57,151 nucleotides of DNA from Gammaproteobacteria bacterium (GTDB taxonomy: Bacteria > Pseudomonadota > Gammaproteobacteria > UBA6186 > Azoamicaceae), in contig DAORSV010000001.1 of NCBI GenBank assembly GCA_035443705.1, forward strand, positions 1 through 57,151, in the 5' to 3' direction. Below, piece by piece: positions 18,623 to 28,953 of the stretch (position 1 is the first letter of the stretch; each line of letters opens with the position of its first letter). Below the pieces are notes generated by a model, which was not told the origin of the DNA, did no database searches, and saw only the letters and a list, made by a program, of their open reading frames with translations. The position numbers were made by a program, and so were the translations under genes.

Positions 18623-20631
18623 AAAAAGAACCTCATGACTGTTGAATCCACGGCATTTTGTTTTTGTTCAGAATATTCGTGAGGTTCGAACCTAACTTCT
18701 ATTCCCAGTTTTCTGAGTGCTTGAACATAGATATTTGGATTGAACTGACTTTTTTCATGCCAATTTCTCAGTTCTGCAAAATATTGAAAACGCCAAATTA
18801 AAGCCCATTTTGCATTTAGCCGATCTTGGTAAGACAGGGGTGGCGTTACAAAAGTAACACCCTCGCTGGTATATATAATGAAAGGCTTCGAATCAAATAA
18901 AGTTAAACAGCTATATAGCTCGTCAACCAAAGGCAAATACGGCCGCCAACCAGATTCAGTTGCAATTAAATACGGCTCTCCCGGCACGCGGGTTTCTGAT
19001 ACTTCCGATAATATTATAGATGGGACATGAATATTGCCAGAAAATATCCGGCCAACAGTATGCGAAAACCCTTGTCGTTTTTCAGAGTGAGGATGTCGCA
19101 TTTCAAACAAAAATCGCCACAGTCGAAATCCCATTTGATATCCACGACGAACCCATCTCAATTGTCCATCATATTCAATTTCGTATCCAAAATCATCTTG
19201 CGCGATCACTGAAAGAACTCGTGCAACGATATTTTCACTATACGCCTGGAATTGTTCTGCTAATATTTTAATTTTATTTTCAAGCAAATTTTCTGAAAAC
19301 AGTTTTTCTAACTGTACCTTTAATGTTCGTGGTTTTTCAAAGCAAATGCACCACAATCGTTCCAAAGTTGCAGCGGCATAACGTCTAAGGGATAAGGCGC
19401 TCGCATTTAAATGAATAGTTTGTATTTTGGGCATAAAAAATTCCCACCATGACTGTACATTTTTTTCATCAGCCTTATCAATAAAACAGGATAGGCATTG
19501 AACAATGACTTCAAGTGCAACCCGTACAACAAAAACATTTTCCTCAACCAGCAAAATCTCTTCCAATAAAAGTTTCCATTGTTCTAGTAATTCTACATTT
19601 TTTAAATGAAAAGGTATTTCAAGCAATGCTTTGGCTTTTACTTCTTTGGCACTATCATTAAGTGTTAAATGCCTTATCCAAAAAATGATCACTGAATATG
19701 GTGCTTTTTTCAGTGCCTCCGGCAAACGTTGTCTAACAAAAGGGCTTGGGTCTTTACAAATAATTTTTAGCAAATCTTCAAAATTAGATTGCCAAGTTTT
19801 ACCTTCACCCAACAACATAACCGCCCTACTTCTTAAAAAAAAGTCATCGCCACTCGCGGGATACTGTAATCGTTTGAAAAGCACAGTATAAAATTTCTCA
19901 GTTGAGAAGCTTGCTAAGAAACTTAATGCCTCACATTGAATCCATAATGGTGCTGTGTTGTCTAAAGCAGACTGATGAATATAATGAAGTGTAGTTTCTT
20001 CAAGAAATCCGTGTCGCATTGAAGATGGCATTGTTTTTAGAGAGACAACGAGTGCACGAAAAGCAGTGGTGCAAATTCGAGGAACTCGCTCATACGTCAA
20101 TACGGGTTGAATAATTTTTTCTAAGTTAAGCTCACGCCAAATCATAAAATATTCTTCTTCTGTATTGGCTGTTTTCAATAAAAATGCAGATAATATTCCA
20201 AGTTTTTGCAAAAAAAAGTTTAACTTTTTTTCTAAAAGAGAAACCTTTTTAAAACATCGTTCGCTAACAGCATCAAAATCAAACCATCTTGCGAACGCCT
20301 GTTCATCTTCCATTAATTGTTTTTTATTTGCACCTAAATGCTTTGCATATTCTAAAATATTATAATGTATAACTTCCCTCTCTTTGGCACCTGTATATTT
20401 TTTAGAAAATTCCGTATAATCTGATTTCAAAGATGAAAGCTCTAGCAATAACAGTTCTATTTGTGCAGACAAAAATTCGATAGCATCCTTAACAGATAAT
20501 GATTTTTCTGGAACGACATTTGAAAGCGCATCAATGGTTTCCTCTATCAAATCAGCTTGTGTCTTACGCAATGCAAAAGACATCCCTTCTTCAAAAAGCT
20601 GTCTCATTTCTTGTTTAGATAAATTTTGCAT
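18619..20631 (-). CDS. Hypothetical soluble protein, possibly HEAT/ARM-like repeats
   Basis: Long ORF with no TM segments. HEAT-like snippets are present (DPSPFVRQRLPEALKKAP; LRSRAVMLLGEG). I prefer the start at ATG 20631 (MQNLSKQ). It follows GGAGAA, which forms the last codons of the upstream gene, with 6-nt spacing (TAA at 20634-20636). The track start at 20655 lies inside the upstream gene. Its stop overlaps the PgsB-like start (ATGA, 18619-18622). Confidence 0.7.
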   Translation of the reverse strand: MQNLSKQEMRQLFEEGMSFALRKTQADLIEETIDALSNVVPEKSLSVKDAIEFLSAQIELLLLELSSLKSDYTEFSKKYTGAKEREVIHYNILEYAKHLGANKKQLMEDEQAFARWFDFDAVSERCFKKVSLLEKKLNFFLQKLGILSAFLLKTANTEEEYFMIWRELNLEKIIQPVLTYERVPRICTTAFRALVVSLKTMPSSMRHGFLEETTLHYIHQSALDNTAPLWIQCEALSFLASFSTEKFYTVLFKRLQYPASGDDFFLRSRAVMLLGEGKTWQSNFEDLLKIICKDPSPFVRQRLPEALKKAPYSVIIFWIRHLTLNDSAKEVKAKALLEIPFHLKNVELLEQWKLLLEEILLVEENVFVVRVALEVIVQCLSCFIDKADEKNVQSWWEFFMPKIQTIHLNASALSLRRYAAATLERLWCICFEKPRTLKVQLEKLFSENLLENKIKILAEQFQAYSENIVARVLSVIAQDDFGYEIEYDGQLRWVRRGYQMGFRLWRFLFEMRHPHSEKRQGFSHTVGRIFSGNIHVPSIILSEVSETRVPGEPYLIATESGWRPYLPLVDELYSCLTLFDSKPFIIYTSEGVTFVTPPLSYQDRLNAKWALIWRFQYFAELRNWHEKSQFNPNIYVQALRKLGIEVRFEPHEYSEQKQNAVDSTVMRFFL

Positions 20632-20633
20632 AT

Positions 20634-23600
20634 TTATTCTCCACAATCCTTCCATTGTTGCGTTTGGGGATAAGCAATATCCACAAATTCTGATTCTGAA
20701 TCTCTTGGCGAAAAGTCAGAATAGTATCGATTATGGGTGAAATGATAGGTAAATGATAAGGAAAACATAGATTTCTTGAACTCAACTTGTCTTTGCGTCC
20801 CTAATGTAAATTCAAAAAGATGATCTCCTAACCAACGCTTTTTACTAAGCTCTAAGGTAACAGTTCGACGTTTAAAATTATTTTTACGTGCAAATTGAAC
20901 ATATTTGTTTTTATCTTTATAAAACTTTTGAAATCGATAACCGGCATTTAATTGATAATCGCCTATGAGCTGTTTAATGTCAAAACTGACTTTTAGGTGA
21001 TCCGGTGTATAAATACGATAATCTTGACGCGAAACTGCGCCAATATTTGAAAGAAATAAAGTATCCATTTTAGGTCGATACACCACCGTATCAGATACTT
21101 CAAGGCCAAATCGATGCAATGATTTATAATCGGTATAAATATCTTGATCTAAAACACCTGGGGAATACAACCGATTCTGCGTTCGACTTAAACTCATCAA
21201 TCGTTTAAAAGTGGTCAGTGTAGGTAGATGATAAGCCTTAGGAGTTATATCTCTCTTTTGTGTGATTGAACCTTGAAATAAAGTCGACCACTCTGTTCGG
21301 TTACGCTCTGGTTTTTGAATAAAACCATAGGTGTCTAAATGAAATGACCAAGAAGAGAGGTAAGGATAATAACCTATCTGTTCTGATAATCCAAACGTGT
21401 TTCCACCTGTTTTCCGTTTTCTGCTTAATATTTTGGTATTGAAATATGTTTTAATATTTTCGGCATAACGTCGATGTGCGGCGTTTAACTCAAAATATTG
21501 TTCAATCTTAGATTGAAAAGTGCCTTGTTCTTCTATGTCGATTCGTTCATTATAGAGACCTCTGAATGACCAGGTGCTATTATGAATGGTTAATGGATTG
21601 CACAACCGGTAGTGTAAAGGCTCTTTCGGTTGATAGTATCCACTCGTGCACACTGCTGCTGGAACGGGATCAGTTATATAGTTTAAAGGACGTGCTAGAA
21701 TATTCGCTTTTTCACTAAAAGGAATCCGTGCAGACAAACGATAAAGAGCTTCTTTCTGATCTTGTTTTGGAAATAATTTAAGTGTTTCTGTATTGGAAGC
21801 AATATATCGATAATTGGTTATTATTTTTCCATTGCGCCATTCATCTATTCTAACCCAAGCGGGCCCTACTATTTTAGCGACAATTGGATCATTTTGTGTT
21901 GCAACTTCATAAGGTATTTTCAGCTTTTGAACTATTTTTTTATTGTCTTTTTCAAACATGCGCACTCTCAACAACTGCCCCACGAATGGGTTTTCCATGT
22001 TAATTCGAAGTGCGTGTTCCCCCTTTGGCACGGCAACTTTTAGAACGCTTTTAGGCGTGTTAGGTGTCAATTGTATGCTTTTTGTACCCGTTTTGTCTAA
22101 TTGGTAGTTTACAGTGAGATTTTGCGGAGCAACATTTAAAAAATCTGTCATGTGTAACTCAAACTGTAAAGTAGTTGGCTCGGGATTAACCAGCGCCAAA
22201 ATGAGATATTCATTTCCAAAAACAATTTCTTCATCAGTCTCAAGTGCCGATAACAACGCTTTGCGTGCTCTTAAATTAGGTGCAGTCACTTGCCAACCTT
22301 CTACATCTACCGTTCGAATACCCGCATTTTTTTGTGTAGAAATGGCTGTCCAAATGCTATTTTTTACGAATTTATTGATCAACGGTTCTAATTCGGCATT
22401 TAAAGGATATTGATTCGCTAAAGAAAAACTAAATGCCAAAGCGGCTGAGAATTGAGATGGATTTTTTTCAGCTAACCATAACAACTGTGTTATTTTTCTT
22501 GCAATATCTTCAGGTTGATTCTCGACAGATGTATTTAGAAAAGGTTTAATATTTCCATTGTATAACCACGTTGCTTCTTCCGCACTCGCTTTAGAAAAAT
22601 ATGGAAATGCTTCAACGGGATTTTCGATAGTCACTGCTTCTACAGTCGTCACAATAGGTGTATCACCGCCTGTTATCTCTACTTCATGACAACCTTCTTC
22701 AAAAAATATTTCGCTAACAACACGCCGACCAGGCACCTCTTTCGCATTATCAAGCAATATTAATTCCTCAGATGCTGTATTATTATTGATGCTTGTTACC
22801 CACAATTTATTTTTTGACCTAACCTCTATCCAACCATCAATTGGATTTAAATTATTTTTTAAATGCAAGGGCCGACTTTCTAAATGAAGACGTAATGGTC
22901 CGCTAAATTTTAAGGTAAGTGGTTTACGCTTTGTTGCTTTATAGGTTTGCGTATAAAAATTTCGATCAACAGAATAGAGAAGTTCCCCACCCGCATGACT
23001 GCTTATCAAGTCTGGCCGAAGTCGCAAAGTTGTGGGTTCAACGGTATTGGACTTATTAAAATTCGCTAACACTTCTGTATATTGCTTAAACATTCTACCC
23101 TTAAGTGCAAGCCAATAATGTTGTTGATCTCTATCTAAGCAATTAATAAATCGATCCATTACCTGCCACCAACCTAATTGATAAGCCGTTATCAGCATCG
23201 CAGAAGTCGGTTGCTTTGAATCCTCTAAAAGCAAGGCAAGCATCATCGCTAAATCAAAATTGCCATTTTTCGCTAAAGTCTCTACTAATGCTTGAAACAC
23301 TTCTGTCGTCGGGTGAATTTTTAGGGCGGCCGCATAAAATGTTTGCTTTTCTATATTATTCGTCGACTCCTGATAATATTTCATTAATTTCGCTAACGTT
23401 TTTTCACGAAATATTGGTCTTGGTTCATTAACAAATTGCGCACGCAAAATTTGTTCCGCCAAATAATTTTCGTTTAAATTTTTGAGAATGTCTGACTGTA
23501 GTAATTTGGCTTCAAATTGTTCATTATCTTTCGTGCCATTGGCGATTTTTCCCGCAGTTTCAAGTGCGTTTAGCCAATCCTTTGACACCATTTCGCGCTG

Positions 23601-25589
23601 TAAATTCTCGTTTAAATTTTGCAACTTTTTCGTACACAACATATCTCCAGTATCTGCGTATGTGGTCGATTTTACGACAGCATTTGCGTACAGCTTATAT
23701 TCGGCATTTAGAAAGCGAACCAAAGGAATCCAGTAATTCGTTAATTCATCGTTTTCTTGTAATGAATTAGGATAATTCTTAACTAATGTCAGAAATTTTT
23801 TTCTTAAAGCAGCTTTGTCACACGTCTGCACAAGTGTCAAATATCGATACTCTGTTGGTTGAAAAACTTTAGAAGCTCTCTGTTGTAAAGCCACTTCTAA
23901 TGGACAATTTTTTTGACATGTTTTCCATATTTTAACGGTTTTCGCAGAAGCAGGAATAGGTATTTCAAAAGTACCGACCGACACCAAATTTGAGCGAATT
24001 GTCTCATAACTGAAGGGTTCTTTAAAACTTGCATCGCATAATACTTCATTCTGTTTCTTTAAAATATTAAGACCACTTTCTCCAGCGGATACCGCATAAT
24101 ACGATTTGTCTAAGACTTCTAGATCTGAGACATCAAATAAAAATGGTTTCTGCTTGTCTACTTGAACCCAAAAACTTTGCCCAACCGATTCTGGTTGAAG
24201 ATTAATTAAAACGCGTAGCCAAGTAGCTGCGGGAGAAGGTGTCAATTGATACAGCAAATAAGCATTTTCTTCTTCTATATTGCTATTAGGTATACGAACA
24301 AAAGAGGCATCTCCTAATCTTGCTAAATACTCGCGCAAAAATCGTTCATCTGTATAATAAGGTTCTCGAGAAGCGCCTATCTCCAATAATTTTGAGAGCA
24401 TAAATGTATGATATTGAACCGTATGATCATTTCCCAGCTGCACGGGAACTAAATGTCGATAGAACGTATTATAATCAACCAAGTTATCATACGCAGTTTG
24501 TACTGCGGAATAATCTTTTCGTTTAAGTGCCGCATCCTGTATTAAAGAAGCACCTAAAACTGCCCCTTCTCTAAATCGATTATCCCAGGCGGCATGTAAT
24601 CCGTCTCGTTCAATTTTTTCCAAATGCTTGTCAGTTATTTCTTTCCCGTATCCACAAGGACTATCCGATTTAAAAATAAAATCCTGCCACTTTTGTGCCA
24701 ACACACGAACATATAATGGTGCATTACTTTTTAAACACAATATATGTTCTCCACAAGGAATGTCTAGGTATGCAGTCTCTCGTTTAGAAACAACCGCTCT
24801 TTTACCATTCACAAATACGGAAGATATGTTTTCCATTGTACTGTTATATTTTAAACATTTTAGAGGTTTGGAATCCAAAAAGGTCTCTATTTCCCAATTT
24901 TGAAAAAGTGTTCCTTCGCTGTCAGGATATGCAAAATGGGATTCAATCGCTAGGCGTGCAGGACCTATGACTTTTATATCCGTTGGGCATTTTGTTTCTA
25001 TATACTGAAATTTTTGCAATCCCGCCTCATATCCTCGACATAATAAAACAGTTTTTCCCGGCAAAGAAATAACGTCTCGATAAGGCGCTAATTCACTCAA
25101 TAATTTTTTCTTAGAAACAAACAACGAAACATCAACAACGTGATTCTTTCTATTTTCTATTCGAGCCAAACTGACCGATTCTGAAAAATTTTCCGTGATA
25201 AACAACCCTTTTTTTTCTTTTTCGCTGTGTTTAAAAAACGATTTGATATATAAACCTGTTCCTTGTGAAAAACTCAGTCCAAAATTTTCTGCTTCACAAA
25301 AATCACTGTGCGAATCGAGAAGCAAATTTTCTCCTCTGGGTATTCTAACAATTGTAAACTCTCCAGGATTTAACCTTATTTTATACGTATCCGTTTTTGG
25401 CTCGTATAACGGCTTATTTCCTTTAACCCAATATTCTTTATCTGAAACTGCATCCCAACGAAAAGGTACATCATAACTAGACAACAACTGTGACTGCAAT
25501 TCATCCACTTCGGCAAATATCGAAGCTGAAGTCAGTAAAAGCAATATTACAAAAATACTTTTTCCAAATTTTATAACCGACATTGCCAT
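20634..25589 (-). CDS. Giant secreted envelope protein (1651 aa) with a beta-barrel-like C-terminus; no recognised family
   Basis: Signal peptide (KSIFVILLLLTSASIFAEV). The last 330 aa or so show amphipathic strand patterns rich in Y/F/R/K (YQLNAGYRFQKFY, TVTLELSKKRWL, LFEFTLGTQRQVEF, MFSLSFTYHF). A 4.9-kb open frame in AT-rich DNA is very unlikely to arise by chance. Confidence 0.75.
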   Translation of the reverse strand: MAMSVIKFGKSIFVILLLLTSASIFAEVDELQSQLLSSYDVPFRWDAVSDKEYWVKGNKPLYEPKTDTYKIRLNPGEFTIVRIPRGENLLLDSHSDFCEAENFGLSFSQGTGLYIKSFFKHSEKEKKGLFITENFSESVSLARIENRKNHVVDVSLFVSKKKLLSELAPYRDVISLPGKTVLLCRGYEAGLQKFQYIETKCPTDIKVIGPARLAIESHFAYPDSEGTLFQNWEIETFLDSKPLKCLKYNSTMENISSVFVNGKRAVVSKRETAYLDIPCGEHILCLKSNAPLYVRVLAQKWQDFIFKSDSPCGYGKEITDKHLEKIERDGLHAAWDNRFREGAVLGASLIQDAALKRKDYSAVQTAYDNLVDYNTFYRHLVPVQLGNDHTVQYHTFMLSKLLEIGASREPYYTDERFLREYLARLGDASFVRIPNSNIEEENAYLLYQLTPSPAATWLRVLINLQPESVGQSFWVQVDKQKPFLFDVSDLEVLDKSYYAVSAGESGLNILKKQNEVLCDASFKEPFSYETIRSNLVSVGTFEIPIPASAKTVKIWKTCQKNCPLEVALQQRASKVFQPTEYRYLTLVQTCDKAALRKKFLTLVKNYPNSLQENDELTNYWIPLVRFLNAEYKLYANAVVKSTTYADTGDMLCTKKLQNLNENLQREMVSKDWLNALETAGKIANGTKDNEQFEAKLLQSDILKNLNENYLAEQILRAQFVNEPRPIFREKTLAKLMKYYQESTNNIEKQTFYAAALKIHPTTEVFQALVETLAKNGNFDLAMMLALLLEDSKQPTSAMLITAYQLGWWQVMDRFINCLDRDQQHYWLALKGRMFKQYTEVLANFNKSNTVEPTTLRLRPDLISSHAGGELLYSVDRNFYTQTYKATKRKPLTLKFSGPLRLHLESRPLHLKNNLNPIDGWIEVRSKNKLWVTSINNNTASEELILLDNAKEVPGRRVVSEIFFEEGCHEVEITGGDTPIVTTVEAVTIENPVEAFPYFSKASAEEATWLYNGNIKPFLNTSVENQPEDIARKITQLLWLAEKNPSQFSAALAFSFSLANQYPLNAELEPLINKFVKNSIWTAISTQKNAGIRTVDVEGWQVTAPNLRARKALLSALETDEEIVFGNEYLILALVNPEPTTLQFELHMTDFLNVAPQNLTVNYQLDKTGTKSIQLTPNTPKSVLKVAVPKGEHALRINMENPFVGQLLRVRMFEKDNKKIVQKLKIPYEVATQNDPIVAKIVGPAWVRIDEWRNGKIITNYRYIASNTETLKLFPKQDQKEALYRLSARIPFSEKANILARPLNYITDPVPAAVCTSGYYQPKEPLHYRLCNPLTIHNSTWSFRGLYNERIDIEEQGTFQSKIEQYFELNAAHRRYAENIKTYFNTKILSRKRKTGGNTFGLSEQIGYYPYLSSWSFHLDTYGFIQKPERNRTEWSTLFQGSITQKRDITPKAYHLPTLTTFKRLMSLSRTQNRLYSPGVLDQDIYTDYKSLHRFGLEVSDTVVYRPKMDTLFLSNIGAVSRQDYRIYTPDHLKVSFDIKQLIGDYQLNAGYRFQKFYKDKNKYVQFARKNNFKRRTVTLELSKKRWLGDHLFEFTLGTQRQVEFKKSMFSLSFTYHFTHNRYYSDFSPRDSESEFVDIAYPQTQQWKDCGE

Positions 25590-25592
25590 CCT

Positions 25593-26492
25593 TTAATCCT
25601 TAGCTATACAACTTGAAAAAGAATGGCGAAGAGCATCGCTGTCAACCATTGCTTCCCTAAATTTTCTACTCATTTCAATATGCACAAACCCCGAATAGCC
25701 ATTTTTAAGTAAATCTAAGGCCACAGTATTCCTTGTGCCACCTAACTCGGTAATCTCATTTGGATAAACAGAAACAACATAAGAAGACTGATGTTTCATA
25801 CAATTAGCATATTTTAAAACCCAATGAGACGGGTTGTGAGATGCTGAACTCACAATCATGTCTGCCCTGCTACCCGCCTCTGTTTCTCTTTTATTTTCTG
25901 AAAAGCCATGAATTTGAATTATTTTCCCTTGAGGGAACTGTTTTGAGATTGCACGACTAAATGCCATTAGATAACTTTTCTTAAGATGTGCCATATCTGC
26001 ATTGATGAGTTGTTCTCCTTCGCGATAAGAACGACGGACTGTATTCCAAGCTATTGCAAAAAATTGTCCCTCAGGTAACAATTGAAGTGAAATTTCTCTT
26101 GTAAGGGCATCAGACGGGACATGTGGTATTTCTAATGCGTATTTTTTAGGCAAGGCTAAATTGATCCAATACAATCCCCTGCCAAATTTTGCAGTATGTG
26201 ATTCTTTTAGAATAACAATATTGCCTTTTTTTTCCGAAGAAAAAATCATTTCATAACCCAAATTTTCCCATAATGTTTTTATTGCAGGCGTTATATTTCC
26301 TTGTAAAACTTTTTCAAATAATTCTGTGACGGAAGTCATCTCAGCTTCGCTAATTTCTTGATAAGTGCCGCCACGAGAAGCTTCTCTTAACATTTTTTTC
26401 ATACTTTGCTCCTCTGAAAAACAAGAAAAACTAAGGCTACATAAAGCAAAAATTCGCAATAGAAACAATTGCTTATTCATTACTTTCTGCAT
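25593..26492 (-). CDS. Secreted PghP-like (gamma-PGA hydrolase / DUF867-fold) putative zinc hydrolase
   Basis: Signal peptide (KQLFLLRIFALCSLSFSCFS). The motifs LEIPHVPSDALTRE, IIQIHGF and GFVHIEMSRKFRE resemble the PghP layout as I recall it (..PHAGGIEVGTTE.., ..SFHGY.., ..GVQLEIS..). An alternative start at ATG 26480 (MNKQ) overlaps the upstream stop as ATGAATAA. Confidence 0.5.
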   Translation of the reverse strand: MQKVMNKQLFLLRIFALCSLSFSCFSEEQSMKKMLREASRGGTYQEISEAEMTSVTELFEKVLQGNITPAIKTLWENLGYEMIFSSEKKGNIVILKESHTAKFGRGLYWINLALPKKYALEIPHVPSDALTREISLQLLPEGQFFAIAWNTVRRSYREGEQLINADMAHLKKSYLMAFSRAISKQFPQGKIIQIHGFSENKRETEAGSRADMIVSSASHNPSHWVLKYANCMKHQSSYVVSVYPNEITELGGTRNTVALDLLKNGYSGFVHIEMSRKFREAMVDSDALRHSFSSCIAKD

Positions 26493-28953
26493 TGTTAACC
26501 CTCATTTCTTGAATAAACTTGCGCTGTTCTACAAAGCCTGGCGTAATTTTTGTTAATGATAAATAACCAACCGCACCCTCATTTAGCTTAAAATGTAGCG
26601 TATATCTGCCAACTGGCATATCGCTTCCCAGCGGAATAAATAAAAGCTGTCCAAAATCTACTTGTTCAGAATCTGTTCCAAACACGGGCAATTTTTCCGA
26701 ATTATCTGATCGAATATCGAATATATATTCTAAGAAGCTCCATTCCGACCAAGGACCCATACCCTTTGGTTTTGGCGGTTCAAGTGTTGCGGAAATTTGA
26801 GATCGCATACGCGTTCGATCGGGGCTAAAGTATTTTAAGATCAAAGTTTCTGGTTCTATTGTGGTTCTCTCATACACAAAGGTTAAGCCCTCTTTTTCAA
26901 GTTTATTAACCAACATTCTCGTATAACCCTCTTTCTCAATCTCAAGGTAGTTAACAAAAAATTTTGCGGGTCTCGATGCTTCAATTTTAAACGTATAGTT
27001 TCCTTCGGCAATTGGGGGTAAGGCAATTTCACCTCGTTTTCCTATCACTGCAGTTTCATAATATTGTTTTTGATTAAGATAAATACGGATATTCATAGGA
27101 GAGTCTTCTTCAGATTGCCAAGCTAAAGTAGGATTAGCCATATCCATTCCCATCATTGTCTTAAAATGCAGTTCTAAAGAAACACCCATACGAACTTGCT
27201 GAAAATAGCTGGGCAAGGTAAACTGCCTAAACGGTACAGGTCCATCGAAAGGTCTGTAGAGTATGCGTCCTAACCACGCCCCTTCTGGATGATATTCCTC
27301 CCATAAATAACGACCCTGCAATACATCCGGGTTATCAATACTAGGACGATGCTGTAAAATTAAGATTTTAACGCTACTTTCTTTAAATAAATTAGCATAA
27401 TTTATTGGTTTTAAATAAAACCAACGTGCCTGCATTTCTTTAGCGATATCGAATACAAAGCTATCTTCTGGTACACGAATTTTTCTGATCATTTTATTTG
27501 GACGGTTGTAACCCGCGACTAATACAGGATTTTTTTTCGTCAATATTCGGATTTTTACAACCTCTGGAGGCAAATAAAAATATTGGCTAACCGGATCCGA
27601 AACTTTATACTTTTCATTTAATCCTGTTAATCTATCGTACTTAAGCCATAAAAATATGTTCGATATATCTCCTTTGGACACCACAACATTCTTGTTATCT
27701 AGCAATTCAAAGCTGGCAATGTAATCATTTTTATCGATATCTTTTGGTTCAGAAAAAAGACACCGCAAATCAATTCTAAATGGCGTACTCTCCGTTTCTT
27801 TATGCGCAACAGCAAATTCTACTGGCATATTCTGCTTAGCCATAAATGTTTGCAAATAAATAGGCTCAGGAGTAATTTCTGTCTTTTTTTGTTTTTCTAT
27901 TTGGTATGCACGAACGGCTATTTTCTCTTTAGCCGTAATTTTCAACAATCCGCTTTTAAAAAAATGCGTAAATTTTTGAACCATTGTATTTTGATGCGTT
28001 ATCAATCCACTTTGACGCTCATCAATACCTCGACCAAACCAATTATATTCAATCAGAGAATCTTTTTTCAACGTGCCTTCTACTGCCGTTATTTCTAATT
28101 CTATTTCCCCGCCAGGTTCTGATATCGGAATAATGCCCTCATGATTTTCATCAACAAGCACACCTGCGGGCGGCAATAAAACACCATACGGCATACCATC
28201 ATTTTGTTCTAAAACATACAATGATTTTCTACGATAATCAGAGCCCACTATTCCTTCTGGTCCTATCGGTACCCAACTGTGTATCAAAGAATTTTGCTTT
28301 TCTTCTTCGGTTAAAAACTCGGCTGGATACACATTCCCAGCTGCCAACATTTGTTTTGCATAATCGTTCATTCTATTCCATATATAATGTAATTTATAAT
28401 CGGATACTTTCCTCGTTACATAGCACCTAATGGCCACATTTTTAATAATCTTATCTTTTGATACTAAACGTAATTGTATTGTTTTGGGATTCTTAAATTC
28501 ATCCATATTCAACACAAAAACATTACTATCTGTTGGTATCAATCCTTTTTCTAAAAAATAAGCGTTTGTGTAAACGAAATCTTGATTGTCTACTTTTTTA
28601 ATAAAAGCCGAGATACCATTTCTAAGGTTATATATTTTTCTAGCTAAAACTTTTTTACTCGAATCGAGCACCTGATATTCCAACGCATAATTAACAACAT
28701 CAAGAAATGGTAAGGTGCTTTCAATTACTGCATTAGAAACAATTTTAATTAATCGGCTATCTGCGGTTGAAAATGTAATCCAAGCATTTTCATCGAGCTC
28801 ATAAACTATGCTAACAGCCGACTTATCCAAAAATACCGCTTTTTTAGCATCGATTTTATCTAACGAAACTGTTTCGCTGAAAAATAGCGTTAATATAAAA
28901 AGTATAATGGAAACTATTAAGAACAACCAAGCCAGCCTCATGAATTTTTCCAT
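26473..28953 (-). CDS. N-terminally anchored periplasmic protein (826 aa), no recognised family
   Basis: A single N-terminal TM (LAWLFLIVSIILFILTLFF) is followed by about 790 aa of beta-rich sequence with no motifs I recognise. An alternative start at ATG 28941 gives an ATGA overlap with the upstream stop. Confidence 0.75.
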   Translation of the reverse strand: MEKFMRLAWLFLIVSIILFILTLFFSETVSLDKIDAKKAVFLDKSAVSIVYELDENAWITFSTADSRLIKIVSNAVIESTLPFLDVVNYALEYQVLDSSKKVLARKIYNLRNGISAFIKKVDNQDFVYTNAYFLEKGLIPTDSNVFVLNMDEFKNPKTIQLRLVSKDKIIKNVAIRCYVTRKVSDYKLHYIWNRMNDYAKQMLAAGNVYPAEFLTEEEKQNSLIHSWVPIGPEGIVGSDYRRKSLYVLEQNDGMPYGVLLPPAGVLVDENHEGIIPISEPGGEIELEITAVEGTLKKDSLIEYNWFGRGIDERQSGLITHQNTMVQKFTHFFKSGLLKITAKEKIAVRAYQIEKQKKTEITPEPIYLQTFMAKQNMPVEFAVAHKETESTPFRIDLRCLFSEPKDIDKNDYIASFELLDNKNVVVSKGDISNIFLWLKYDRLTGLNEKYKVSDPVSQYFYLPPEVVKIRILTKKNPVLVAGYNRPNKMIRKIRVPEDSFVFDIAKEMQARWFYLKPINYANLFKESSVKILILQHRPSIDNPDVLQGRYLWEEYHPEGAWLGRILYRPFDGPVPFRQFTLPSYFQQVRMGVSLELHFKTMMGMDMANPTLAWQSEEDSPMNIRIYLNQKQYYETAVIGKRGEIALPPIAEGNYTFKIEASRPAKFFVNYLEIEKEGYTRMLVNKLEKEGLTFVYERTTIEPETLILKYFSPDRTRMRSQISATLEPPKPKGMGPWSEWSFLEYIFDIRSDNSEKLPVFGTDSEQVDFGQLLFIPLGSDMPVGRYTLHFKLNEGAVGYLSLTKITPGFVEQRKFIQEMRVNNAESNE

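Noticed and set aside
20632-20655. Upstream extension of the 678-aa ORF
   Set aside because: It lies inside the 1651-aa gene. ATG 20631 is preceded by GGAG at ideal spacing and follows the upstream stop by 2 nt.
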